Assembly (NCBI GenBank): GCA_947452685.1 | Contig: CANGEF010000001.1 | Span: forward strand, 1-49,933 | Direction: 5' to 3' | Length of the DNA stretch: 49,933 nt | Source of the DNA: Flavobacteriales bacterium | GTDB taxonomy: Bacteria; Bacteroidota; Bacteroidia; Flavobacteriales_D; Sanyastnellaceae | Shown: piece by piece, positions 9,455-17,524 of the stretch | How the letters are laid out: each line of letters opens with the position of its first letter | Position numbering within the stretch: position 1 is the stretch's first letter | Translations under genes and position numbers: made by a program | Notes under the pieces: model-generated | The model's database searches: none | Told to the model about the DNA's origin: nothing | The model's input: the letters and a program-made list of their open reading frames with translations, nothing else

Positions 9455-10435
9455 ATGAAAAAAATAATATTCTTTCTTAGCTTGGTTTTAGCCCTTCTCT
9501 CCAACACCTCATCGGCTCAATATCGTTGGGATTACGGATTGAAAGTGGGAGCCTCGAATTATTTAGGAGACATAGGTGGGAAAAACCTACCTCGTCGCGA
9601 CTTCGTTGTAGATATGCACTTGGTTTCAACCCGCGTATCTACCGGGGCTTACTTCCGATACAAGGTCAACAAACGACTAGCCTTTTCGGGAAACTTCGAT
9701 TGGATACGAATCTCGGACAGAGATGCATACTCGACCTACGCTCCGCGTCGTGCGCGCAATGCGAACTTTAGAAATGACTTATTGGAATTGGGCGGACGTG
9801 CTGAAGTAACCATTTGGTATGACAACGATGTAGGAAACAAAGGATATTATAATCCAGATTTTAAAGTCTTTTTGTTCGCGGGTCTAGCTGGTTATTCTTC
9901 TAATCCGAAAGGGCAGATTTACACCAATGGTCAAGTTCAATATGGTGGCGAGTGGTTCTCTCTTCGCGATTGGAAAACAGAGGGACAATCAAAACCTTAT
10001 GCTCGTTACGGCATGGCTATCCCGGCAGGTATCGGAGCGTACTTCACCTATAACAAAAAATGGAGAGTGCAGTGGGATCTGAGTTGGAGAACTGTATTCA
10101 CAGATTATTTAGATGATCTTTCAACCACCTACGCAAATCCACAAGACGAGAAAGCGCAGCAGTTCGTAAACGGACAAACTTACCAAGCCTTGTTGGATGG
10201 ATTGGTTGCAGATAACCCGCAGTATACGTCTGCTGATTTATACATAGATAATTTCCGTTATGTAGACGGTGCGGTTAGACAAGCTCCACGTGGAGATGCA
10301 ACGCACAACGATAGCTACCTAACCACACAGTTAACCGTAACACGCGTAGTTCGTGGAAGATCGAGCTTCTACAAATCGAAGTATAGTTACATGAAAGGAA
10401 AACCAGGCGTTAGAAAATCAAGAGCGAAGTTCTAA
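9455..10435 (+). CDS. Outer-membrane beta-barrel protein (DUF6089-like)
   Basis: Signal peptide MKKIIFFLSLVLALLSNTSSAQ. Beta-barrel-like alternation and a terminal Phe (..SRAKF). The N-terminal motif YRWDYGLKVGASNYLGDIGG resembles the DUF6089 family. Confidence 0.55.
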   Translation: MKKIIFFLSLVLALLSNTSSAQYRWDYGLKVGASNYLGDIGGKNLPRRDFVVDMHLVSTRVSTGAYFRYKVNKRLAFSGNFDWIRISDRDAYSTYAPRRARNANFRNDLLELGGRAEVTIWYDNDVGNKGYYNPDFKVFLFAGLAGYSSNPKGQIYTNGQVQYGGEWFSLRDWKTEGQSKPYARYGMAIPAGIGAYFTYNKKWRVQWDLSWRTVFTDYLDDLSTTYANPQDEKAQQFVNGQTYQALLDGLVADNPQYTSADLYIDNFRYVDGAVRQAPRGDATHNDSYLTTQLTVTRVVRGRSSFYKSKYSYMKGKPGVRKSRAKF

Positions 10436-10438
10436 TCC

Positions 10439-11326
10439 TCAGAAATATTGAATCAATTTAGAAAGTGGTTTACGCAATAGCGTGAACCACTTTGGTTTTA
10501 GGCCATTTATTTTCCAGGCCAAACGATCCTCTCGATTCGCACGAATGCGATTCTTCAAACTAACATTGCTCACACCGCCAGCGCGCATGTGAATCATTAC
10601 TTTCGGAAGGTGCTGCGCGCTGCACGATTCTTTAAAAAGAAAGCGAAGCATGAGCTCATAATCTGCCGCACTTTTGAATTGCGTGTCGAACAGTCCGAAT
10701 TTTTCGTAACAAGATTTCTTCACAAAAAAAGTAGGATGCGGTGGCATCCATCCTTTTAAAAAATTCTTTCTTAGATAAGCTCCACTGCGCCATTTGCGAA
10801 CAATTTTAGATGTGTCAACCGGATCTACATAATTCAGATCACCATAAAGGCAATCTGTTTCATGTGATTGGAAAGCGCGTACAACATTCTCTATGACATC
10901 ATTCGAACAGTAAAAATCATCGCTATTCAAAACCCCAATAATATCTCCAGTTGCAAGGGCTAACCCTTTATTCATGGCATCATAAATACCTTTGTCTTTT
11001 TCGCACAAAAACTTCGTCACAACCCCTTGCGAAGCTCCTTCGGAACGACCTTGTGAAACATCTTGAAATAGGCCCTCCGGGAGGTCTTGCGAAGCACCTT
11101 CGGAACGACCTTGTGAAACATCTTGAAATAGGTCCTCCGGAAGGTCTTGAGAAGCATCTTTCGTAGAATCTAGAAATTGTTTCACAATTTCTATGGTTCC
11201 ATCCGAAGAATTTCCATCTACAACAATATATTCAATGTCTTTATAAGTTTGCTTCTGCACGGAAGCAAGGGTATCTCCAATGGTACGTGCGCTATTGTAA
11301 CTAACAGTGATTATACTAACCTTCAT
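10439..11326 (-). CDS. Family 2 glycosyltransferase (GT-A fold) with in-frame repeat insertion
   Basis: ATG at 11326 (MKVSIITVSYNSARTI; the track starts at an upstream TTG). GT2 motifs VDGNSSDGT and EKDKGIYDAMNKG...NSDD. About 45 extra residues (ASQDLPE[D/G]LFQDVSQGRSEG x2.25) lie between them. Confidence 0.8.
   Translation of the reverse strand: MKVSIITVSYNSARTIGDTLASVQKQTYKDIEYIVVDGNSSDGTIEIVKQFLDSTKDASQDLPEDLFQDVSQGRSEGASQDLPEGLFQDVSQGRSEGASQGVVTKFLCEKDKGIYDAMNKGLALATGDIIGVLNSDDFYCSNDVIENVVRAFQSHETDCLYGDLNYVDPVDTSKIVRKWRSGAYLRKNFLKGWMPPHPTFFVKKSCYEKFGLFDTQFKSAADYELMLRFLFKESCSAQHLPKVMIHMRAGGVSNVSLKNRIRANREDRLAWKINGLKPKWFTLLRKPLSKLIQYF
11026..11160 (-). repeat. Tandem 60-bp direct repeat, 2.25 copies, in-frame inside the GT2 gene
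   Basis: Segments 11041-11100 and 11101-11160 differ at about 4 of 60 positions. The partial copy 11026-11040 matches the unit end (cttgcgaagc.cctt). Confidence 0.9.
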
Positions 11327-11330
11327 GAAA

Positions 11331-11933
11331 TTAAAAATTTCGGCCAATCATAAAGGTCAAGACTTGGTTGTAGTTTCCTTTTTCGTAGTATGAATTTGGA
11401 TTCGCGAAATTGGGTGAAGGTCGAGTAGGGATAACACTCGTCGAGAATTTTCCTTCAATGAACAGATGATCGCCCAATTGCAACAGGGCTCCAACACAAA
11501 GTCCAACTTCATAATTTCGGAACGGTGGGGTGACCGGATAGGGTAATTTATTTGCTAGGATGTCTTGCTTGATAAGCCTTCCATAATATAACCCAGTGGT
11601 TAAAGTTATTGGTCCGTCTTGGAAGGCGAGCTGCACGGGTACTTCAATGTATTTGAGGCGGTAGGCGAAAGAGACAAAATTGATGGTGTCTTGTTTGGTG
11701 CGTGATCCTTTTTCCGTGTAATACAATCCAATGCGCAAGGCCCTTTTTGAGGATAGTGGCGCGTTAACATAAGCTCCGCCAGATAAACCGAATTTATGCC
11801 AACCACCTAAACCATCTCCGCTTATTTGAGTAGTTGTCATGCCGAAGGCCAAACCTGCGTTAAAAGCTTGTTGGGCCTTTACAGAGATTGAGCACAAAGC
11901 AAAAAAAACAAAAAAGGCTTTAGTTAATTTCAT
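11331..11933 (-). CDS. Small outer-membrane beta-barrel protein (porin-family/OmpW-like size)
   Basis: The ATG at 11933 gives the signal peptide MKLTKAFFVFFALCSISVKAQ. About 200 aa with alternating hydrophobic pattern and a C-terminal Phe (..IGRNF). It overlaps the upstream gene by 14 nt. Confidence 0.6.
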   Translation of the reverse strand: MKLTKAFFVFFALCSISVKAQQAFNAGLAFGMTTTQISGDGLGGWHKFGLSGGAYVNAPLSSKRALRIGLYYTEKGSRTKQDTINFVSFAYRLKYIEVPVQLAFQDGPITLTTGLYYGRLIKQDILANKLPYPVTPPFRNYEVGLCVGALLQLGDHLFIEGKFSTSVIPTRPSPNFANPNSYYEKGNYNQVLTFMIGRNF

Positions 11934-12789
11934 ACTCAATTGCGTTTAATACAGCGTGGGTATTGGCATCAACTAAATATCCAATAACGGTCATGTTTGT
12001 AAGGGTCCAGATGCTTTTTAATGGAATGGTAAAACTAGTTGTCGTCGAGAGGCCAGCAGCAGGATTACTTGCGATCTGATTTCCCATAGGTTCAGAAACG
12101 TTCGTCCGCAACACGTGCATGTGCACATAGTTTTCAATTTCTGCGGGTGTTTGGCTGTAATCTTCTTGTGCACTAACGAGGTTGCTTTCCACCAGAAGCA
12201 CAACAAGGTTTACATTACCAGTGTATGATTCTAAAAACTGTGCATTCATGTGAATATTGAAAACATTGTCTGCGCTCACATATTGGCAATTTGCTTGCAT
12301 TGCAACGGGAGTAGATACATTCATTTCGCTCGTAACAATGTCTTGCCAACTTCCAGGGTTTGCAGGATCTAGATATTCGAAATGAGCAAGGCCTTGAAGG
12401 CGATCTATGCGAGCAGTAGGGTTGAATCCACCGTTCAATTGAGACCAGTAAAGGTTTCCTGCTGGGGTGTTGTAATCGGTTTGAAAAAGTGTGCCTCCAA
12501 CTTCAGCTAAAGAGCCGGCGTGAATACCAACAGTTACCATTCGTTCGCCTAGAGCAGAGTCTAATTGCAAAGCGAGGTAGGTAGATGGTGGACAGAATCC
12601 ACAGAGGTGTCCTGTAAATTCTTCAAATAACACATTTCTTTCAGCAGCAGTTACAGTTGAAAAGCTAGGAACAGCGCCGTAAAGATCTTCGCGGTATTTG
12701 TTTTTCGCAACGGTAACCGGATTTTCAAGACGGTCACATGCTGCGAATGAAAGGGCAAAAGCCAAAAGATAGAGTGAAGTCTTTTTCAT
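11920..12789 (-). CDS. Omp28-related outer-membrane lipoprotein with thioredoxin-like CXXC motif
   Basis: Signal peptide plus lipobox MKKTSLYLLAFALSFAAC. The motif FEEFTGHLCGFCP is typical of Omp28-related proteins. 289 aa. Confidence 0.6.
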   Translation of the reverse strand: MKKTSLYLLAFALSFAACDRLENPVTVAKNKYREDLYGAVPSFSTVTAAERNVLFEEFTGHLCGFCPPSTYLALQLDSALGERMVTVGIHAGSLAEVGGTLFQTDYNTPAGNLYWSQLNGGFNPTARIDRLQGLAHFEYLDPANPGSWQDIVTSEMNVSTPVAMQANCQYVSADNVFNIHMNAQFLESYTGNVNLVVLLVESNLVSAQEDYSQTPAEIENYVHMHVLRTNVSEPMGNQIASNPAAGLSTTTSFTIPLKSIWTLTNMTVIGYLVDANTHAVLNAIEYEIN

Positions 12790-12790
12790 G

Positions 12791-14467
12791 TTAAAAACTT
12801 GCTGTGTACATTAATTCAAATCCATTCGTAGCGGGAACCGCGCGACAAACACCGCCTATGCAAAACACACCTTGTCTGCGCTTTCCGTAACCCAAGGTTA
12901 ATCGGTGTGAACCGTTAATGTAACCTACAGTTCCAAAGAGGTAGTGTATGCGTTTTTCTTCTGAAGGATTTCCATAGTTGTATTGGTCTACCAATCCCAA
13001 CGTCCAATGGGGTGAATGAGAGAATTCGGCAACAACCGTTGCCCAATCTCCTTTGTCTTGCTTGGTCTGGAGCCCTTGTAATTCCAGGTGAAGATTGTCT
13101 TTCGGAGTGAACTTGTAATTCAGTTCAACCACTTCAATATTCGCGTAAACAATTCCTTTGAAGTCATTCGTAACCGGGGTAACGAGTGTGTTAAATTCCA
13201 AGTAGTAATAGGTAAATGCTGAAGAGAATTTTTTGCTGATTTTTTTCTTCACTTCGAAATTGAAATCACGAACATATTTCGTTGGACCGAATTTCAGAGA
13301 GTTAATTTGGTAGGCATCGGTATAAGCTTGAATTCCGGTAAGCCTTGTTGTGTCTAATCCATTTGCGGCTGCAAAGTTTACAGAGATTTGTGTTCCATAT
13401 TTTCCGCCGAATTTGGTTCCTTTTTTAAAGCTATAAAAAATCTCACCCATAAAACTAACTTCTCCCTTCAATGGAGTAGCATATGGATAAAGCGTAGATG
13501 CTAGGTTGTAGGTGTGCTGTTTAGTTATGGAAGGGAGATAGTTGGTTGGCACATCGAAGAGCTTTAGATTGCGGTCTCCTCGAAAACTCATATTGTCTAT
13601 GAATTTCACTGCCGAATTAATTCCAAACCCACTTCCACTGTAAGAAGCATTCAAGAAGAATGCTTTTCCCTTTCTGTAGATATAGGCGTTATCTGCACTC
13701 GGGTCATTTATTTTTTGGGCATATTCAGCGGAGACAGCAAGAGCCTTCCGATTCAACTGAAAGCGAACAGCTGAATTTGAAACGTTGTTTGGAGTTAAAA
13801 AAACAAGTGAGTCTACAAAACGTGTATCTCCATTTTGATATCGACTAACGAAGCTGGCGCCCAATGTGAGTTGTGTAGGTTTTTCAGCAAGCCCTTTAAA
13901 GATGGAATTGATGTTGAATTCGGCATCACTGCCTCGAATAATGCCATCTGCATTGGTTGATCGGCTATCGAAATCAAGTCGTTGACGACCATAAATACCT
14001 TTGAGGGTAATTCCTTTTTTCGGCGTAATAATGAGTCGAGCACCATCAAGGGCATTGTCAATTCCAAGGTTCGGCTCCCAATAGGTACGAAGCGTCAGTC
14101 CATTTCCAAATTGCTCGTAGAAATTTCCGATGGTTACGTTGAAAATACTGTCTTGGTATTGAACGAAACGGTTTCCGATACCAGTTCCTTTATACCGGTT
14201 TTGGGCACTGAATCCTTGAATGGCATTGTTGTAGGTTTCGAAACGCATGCCCGCTCTGAAACCTCCTTGGGTGTACATTAAATTTCCAAAACCATTTATT
14301 GCTGTAGTGGCAGGCGGAACGGTTGCCCCAATTAAACTGTCTTCACTGTACTGTTGCGAAAGGAATTGGAAGTTACCGTGTAACTGTCCAGGATTTTTTG
14401 GGTCGCCTTGGGCATGAACTGTATAAGCAAATACAATTAAGACCGAGAATAAGAGTAGCTTTTTCAT
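12791..14467 (-). CDS. Large outer-membrane beta-barrel protein (DUF6029-like)
   Basis: Signal peptide MKKLLLFSVLIVFAYTVHAQ (an alternative ATG lies at 14476). About 558 aa, rich in Gly and aromatic residues, with the terminal beta-signal ..ELMYTASF. A 1-nt gap separates it from the Omp28-like gene. Confidence 0.55.
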   Translation of the reverse strand: MKKLLLFSVLIVFAYTVHAQGDPKNPGQLHGNFQFLSQQYSEDSLIGATVPPATTAINGFGNLMYTQGGFRAGMRFETYNNAIQGFSAQNRYKGTGIGNRFVQYQDSIFNVTIGNFYEQFGNGLTLRTYWEPNLGIDNALDGARLIITPKKGITLKGIYGRQRLDFDSRSTNADGIIRGSDAEFNINSIFKGLAEKPTQLTLGASFVSRYQNGDTRFVDSLVFLTPNNVSNSAVRFQLNRKALAVSAEYAQKINDPSADNAYIYRKGKAFFLNASYSGSGFGINSAVKFIDNMSFRGDRNLKLFDVPTNYLPSITKQHTYNLASTLYPYATPLKGEVSFMGEIFYSFKKGTKFGGKYGTQISVNFAAANGLDTTRLTGIQAYTDAYQINSLKFGPTKYVRDFNFEVKKKISKKFSSAFTYYYLEFNTLVTPVTNDFKGIVYANIEVVELNYKFTPKDNLHLELQGLQTKQDKGDWATVVAEFSHSPHWTLGLVDQYNYGNPSEEKRIHYLFGTVGYINGSHRLTLGYGKRRQGVFCIGGVCRAVPATNGFELMYTASF

Positions 14468-14503
14468 TCGAATCATTGAGCTTCGAAAATACGTCGCAAT
14501 CGG

Positions 14504-14528
14504 AAATAAAAAAAGCCCTTTCGGGCTT
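14504..14528 (-). terminator. Rho-independent terminator candidate after the TlpA-like gene
   Basis: The minus strand reads AAGCCC-GAAA-GGGCTT followed by TTTTTTTATTT. The stem is 14513-14518/14523-14528 and is short (6 bp). Confidence 0.5.
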
Positions 14529-14547
14529 ATAAATGCAAAGAGTGAAA

Positions 14548-15033
14548 TTACTTTTTCAATTTAAGCAGTTGCTCGTGCACTTCTTCCTCATCTCCATCGG
14601 CATAATTGTTATGTTGCCAAACAATTTTCCCAGTTCCGTCTATCAAGAATGTGTGAGGCACATTGTTCACTCCCAATGCTTGTGCAAATTGTTTGTTGCT
14701 GTCTAAAAGAATTTCATAAGGCCACATCACGCTGCTTACATATGGTGCCACGCGCATGACTGAGCGTTGATCATCAATGGAAACGGCTATGATTTTTACC
14801 CCCGTTTCCGCTTGCCACTCTTCATATAAATCCAAATAGTTGTTCAATTCCTTTTTACAGGGGCTGCACCACGTGGCCCAAAAGCAAATCAAAGTGGGTT
14901 TGCCATCTTGAGCAAGATTAGCTGTGTTAATGGTTTTTCCGTTTAAATCTTTCAAGGAGATACTAGGCAAAGATTCTTGTGCCGACATACCCAAAGAAAA
15001 AAGCAAGAAGAAGAGTGAAATAGAAAGGCGCAT
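14548..15033 (-). CDS. TlpA-family periplasmic thiol:disulfide oxidoreductase (thioredoxin fold)
   Basis: Signal peptide MRLSISLFFLLFSLGMSAQ. Active site FWATWCSPCKKE. 161 aa. Confidence 0.8.
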   Translation of the reverse strand: MRLSISLFFLLFSLGMSAQESLPSISLKDLNGKTINTANLAQDGKPTLICFWATWCSPCKKELNNYLDLYEEWQAETGVKIIAVSIDDQRSVMRVAPYVSSVMWPYEILLDSNKQFAQALGVNNVPHTFLIDGTGKIVWQHNNYADGDEEEVHEQLLKLKK

Positions 15034-15080
15034 AAAAATATTTTTTTTAAAAGTAAAAAACTTTAGCCAATGACTGTACC

Positions 15081-15111
15081 AAAAAAAAAGAGCCGACGCA
15101 TCGTCGGCTCT
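15081..15111 (-). terminator. Rho-independent terminator after the T9SS thioredoxin-like gene
   Basis: The minus strand reads GAGCCGACG-ATG-CGTCGGCTC (9-10 bp GC-rich stem, 15089-15111) followed by a run of nine T (A-run 15081-15089 on the plus strand). Confidence 0.75.
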
Positions 15112-15130
15112 TCTTCCTTGAAAATCAAGA

Positions 15131-16654
15131 TTATTTTACAGAAACACGAACAGTGTTAACAGTTCCGTTGATAGTTACATTCAACATGTAAACACCAGCA
15201 GAAAGGTTAGAAACATCTAAACGTGAAGTGTAGTTTCCAGCAGCTTGGCTACCAACATACTGAGTCATTACACGCTCTCCAAGAACGTTGATAACGTCAA
15301 CTGTAACAACGCTGTTGTTAGTTAATCCGTAAGCAACATTGATGAAATCGTTAGCAGGGTTAGGATAAACGCTAACACCAGCAGAAAGATTTACTTCTTC
15401 GATTCCAACTACAGTAGTTACGTTAGCAGGAGCAGTAGCAGATGAGAAGTTGTAAGTACCGTCGTAGTTCCACAAAGTAGAAACAGTAGCACCGGCATCA
15501 TTCACAGTAGTAGCAATCATGTGACCGTTTGCAACACCACCTGTGTATTGCAACTCGTAGAAACCATCTCCGTAAGCATCAGCAGCTGAGAATGTATAAC
15601 ATCCAGTTGCAGGCAAGAAAATATCAACCAATTTGCTAGAGTAAGCAGCAGGTACCGGAGCAACGCTGTAATCAGCAGAAGCAACTACGTTTCCAGCATC
15701 ATCGTTTACAACCCAAGAACTTTCTTGAGGGTATCCGTCAAACAACACATCAATTTTCATGTGAGTAGTACCGTCAGCAGCGAAAGCAATCGCAGCAGAA
15801 GTAGCATTGTTCGAAGTGTTGTCATCAGCAGATGTAATGCTAATGTTCAAAGTTGTAGGTCCAGTTAATACAGCAGTACCAACGTTTACAGTCTGAACAG
15901 CATACGTAGCAAGGTTTCCAGTCCAGTTGAAAGTCAATGGAGTAGTACCACCAGTTACAGTTATTGTGCAAGCAGTCAATGGAGTAGTACCATTGTTTTG
16001 GATTGTTACAGCAACATCAACGTTTCCGCAAGTAGCCATATCTCCGTTGTAGCTCAACATAGATGGATCGTTAGTTTGGAAAGCTGGAGGAGGACACTCA
16101 GCAAGAGTAGCATACAAACCAGCACCATTTAATTGACCAACTTCAGTTACAATACGGTTAGGGCAAATGCGGTAGATTGTAGGGAAGTAACCAATTGAGT
16201 AGTTAGCATCGATTGGGTTGATTACAGCAGCAGCTGGGTTAGCCATTGGGAACTGAATAGCAGCAGAACCTGTTGGGTTTAACCAGTTACCTTGTGTGTT
16301 CGTTCCAGTACCAGCCATATCAGCATCGGTAGTAGCACCATCACCATCTAACCAAATAACCATTACTTCGTCAGTAGTAGTTGCAGATACTCCAGGAGCA
16401 CCAGCAGGTCCGTGGTTTACATACAAATCATCCAATGCACCGGTGTTGTGGAAGTTCCAACATGGTCCGCACCATGTTGCAGATACGTCAAGGTATACAG
16501 TGTATCCTTGATCCAAATAGTTGTACAAGTTGTGCGAAACACCGAATTGGTCAGTGATTGTGAAATCTTGACCATACGATCCAGCAGGCAACTGAGCGAA
16601 AGACATTGTCGACGACATTACGGCAACAACCATCAATAGTAGAGCTTTTTTCAT
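15131..16654 (-). CDS. T9SS-secreted protein: N-terminal thioredoxin-like domain (WCGPC) + beta-sandwich domains + type-A C-terminal sorting domain
   Basis: Signal peptide MKKALLLMVVAVMSSTMSFAQ. Thioredoxin-like motif LDVSATWCGPCWNFH. A CARDB-like middle region. The C-terminus VYPNPANDFINVAYGL...LSAGVYMLNVTINGTVNTVRVSVK is a TIGR04183-type CTD. Confidence 0.75.
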   Translation of the reverse strand: MKKALLLMVVAVMSSTMSFAQLPAGSYGQDFTITDQFGVSHNLYNYLDQGYTVYLDVSATWCGPCWNFHNTGALDDLYVNHGPAGAPGVSATTTDEVMVIWLDGDGATTDADMAGTGTNTQGNWLNPTGSAAIQFPMANPAAAVINPIDANYSIGYFPTIYRICPNRIVTEVGQLNGAGLYATLAECPPPAFQTNDPSMLSYNGDMATCGNVDVAVTIQNNGTTPLTACTITVTGGTTPLTFNWTGNLATYAVQTVNVGTAVLTGPTTLNISITSADDNTSNNATSAAIAFAADGTTHMKIDVLFDGYPQESSWVVNDDAGNVVASADYSVAPVPAAYSSKLVDIFLPATGCYTFSAADAYGDGFYELQYTGGVANGHMIATTVNDAGATVSTLWNYDGTYNFSSATAPANVTTVVGIEEVNLSAGVSVYPNPANDFINVAYGLTNNSVVTVDVINVLGERVMTQYVGSQAAGNYTSRLDVSNLSAGVYMLNVTINGTVNTVRVSVK

Positions 16655-16725
16655 GTGATTAAATTATTAATAGGTTTACTTTAGGGCAACGAATATAAAG
16701 AAATATTTCGCCCAATTACTTTTTA

Positions 16726-16733
16726 TATCTTTG
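16726..16733 (+). promoter_or_regulatory. Bacteroidetes-type -7 promoter box (TAnnTTTG) candidate
   Basis: TATCTTTG lies 4 nt upstream of the ATG at 16738, which would imply a near-leaderless mRNA. I saw no convincing -33 TTTG element. Confidence 0.25.
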
Positions 16734-16737
16734 GGAA

Positions 16738-17451
16738 ATGAAAAAAAATCTTCTCTTTTTTGGATTGGCGCTTTCTTTTATTGGCGCATCAGGACAAAGC
16801 ATGGCCTTAGTTAATCCGGTCGCTCAAGTAATTGGTGACGCTACAACCCTTACTGGTGCTGGAGAAATGGTTGCCGAATGGCCAGTTACCAACATCTCGA
16901 ATTCAAGCATTTCGTTGAAATGCAGTCGCACGGTAATTTCAGCCGTTGCAGGCACTTCCAACTATTTTTGCTGGGGAGTTTGCTTCGGAGAAACAACCAA
17001 TATCTCTTTGGTATCTCAAACGATTCTTCCAAGTGATACGAACCATACTTTTTATGCGCATTACAAGCCCCTTGGAAACCCTGGCGAAACACTCATTAAC
17101 TACTGTTTCTTCAATACAACAAATCCGAGTGATCAAGCCTGTCAGACTGTTAGTTTCTGCTATGAATCGACTTGTCCAATGGAGGTAACCGAACAGAATG
17201 CAACGAAATTTGAATTGGTGGGAAGCAATCCTTTGAAAGGCTTAAGTTTCATCAATTATCAAATGCCTTTAGGCGTTACCGAGGGGCAGTTGTTCATTAC
17301 GAACATGCAAGGGGAATTAGTGAAGAAGTCGAATGTGAGAGGCCATTCAGGAAGTATCTTGTTGAATGCACAAGATTATGCAACAGGCGTCTATCAATTC
17401 ACCCTAATTACTTCGAAGGGGAAAGAAACGATCCGAATAGTTGTAGAATAA
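16738..17451 (+). CDS. Small Cys-rich T9SS cargo protein with type-A C-terminal sorting domain (hypothetical function)
   Basis: Signal peptide MKKNLLFFGLALSFIGASGQ. Seven Cys in the mature region. The C-terminal GVYQFTLITSKGKETIRIVVE is a CTD-like sequence. Confidence 0.65.
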   Translation: MKKNLLFFGLALSFIGASGQSMALVNPVAQVIGDATTLTGAGEMVAEWPVTNISNSSISLKCSRTVISAVAGTSNYFCWGVCFGETTNISLVSQTILPSDTNHTFYAHYKPLGNPGETLINYCFFNTTNPSDQACQTVSFCYESTCPMEVTEQNATKFELVGSNPLKGLSFINYQMPLGVTEGQLFITNMQGELVKKSNVRGHSGSILLNAQDYATGVYQFTLITSKGKETIRIVVE

Positions 17452-17473
17452 TTCCACAAAGATGTTAGCTAGG

Positions 17474-17505
17474 ACAACCTCGATTTTCGAGGTTGTTTTA
17501 TTTTT
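17474..17505 (+). terminator. Rho-independent terminator after 16738..17451
   Basis: ACAACCTCGA-TTT-TCGAGGTTGT (10-bp stem, 17474-17496) followed by TTTATTTTT. Confidence 0.65.
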
Positions 17506-17506
17506 G
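17499..17506 (+). promoter_or_regulatory. -7 box candidate (TATTTTTG) for maeB, embedded in the terminator T-tail
   Basis: A perfect TAnnTTTG lies 18 nt upstream of the maeB ATG (17525). No clear -33 element. Confidence 0.3.
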
Positions 17507-17524
17507 CAAACCCAAACAAAGAAC

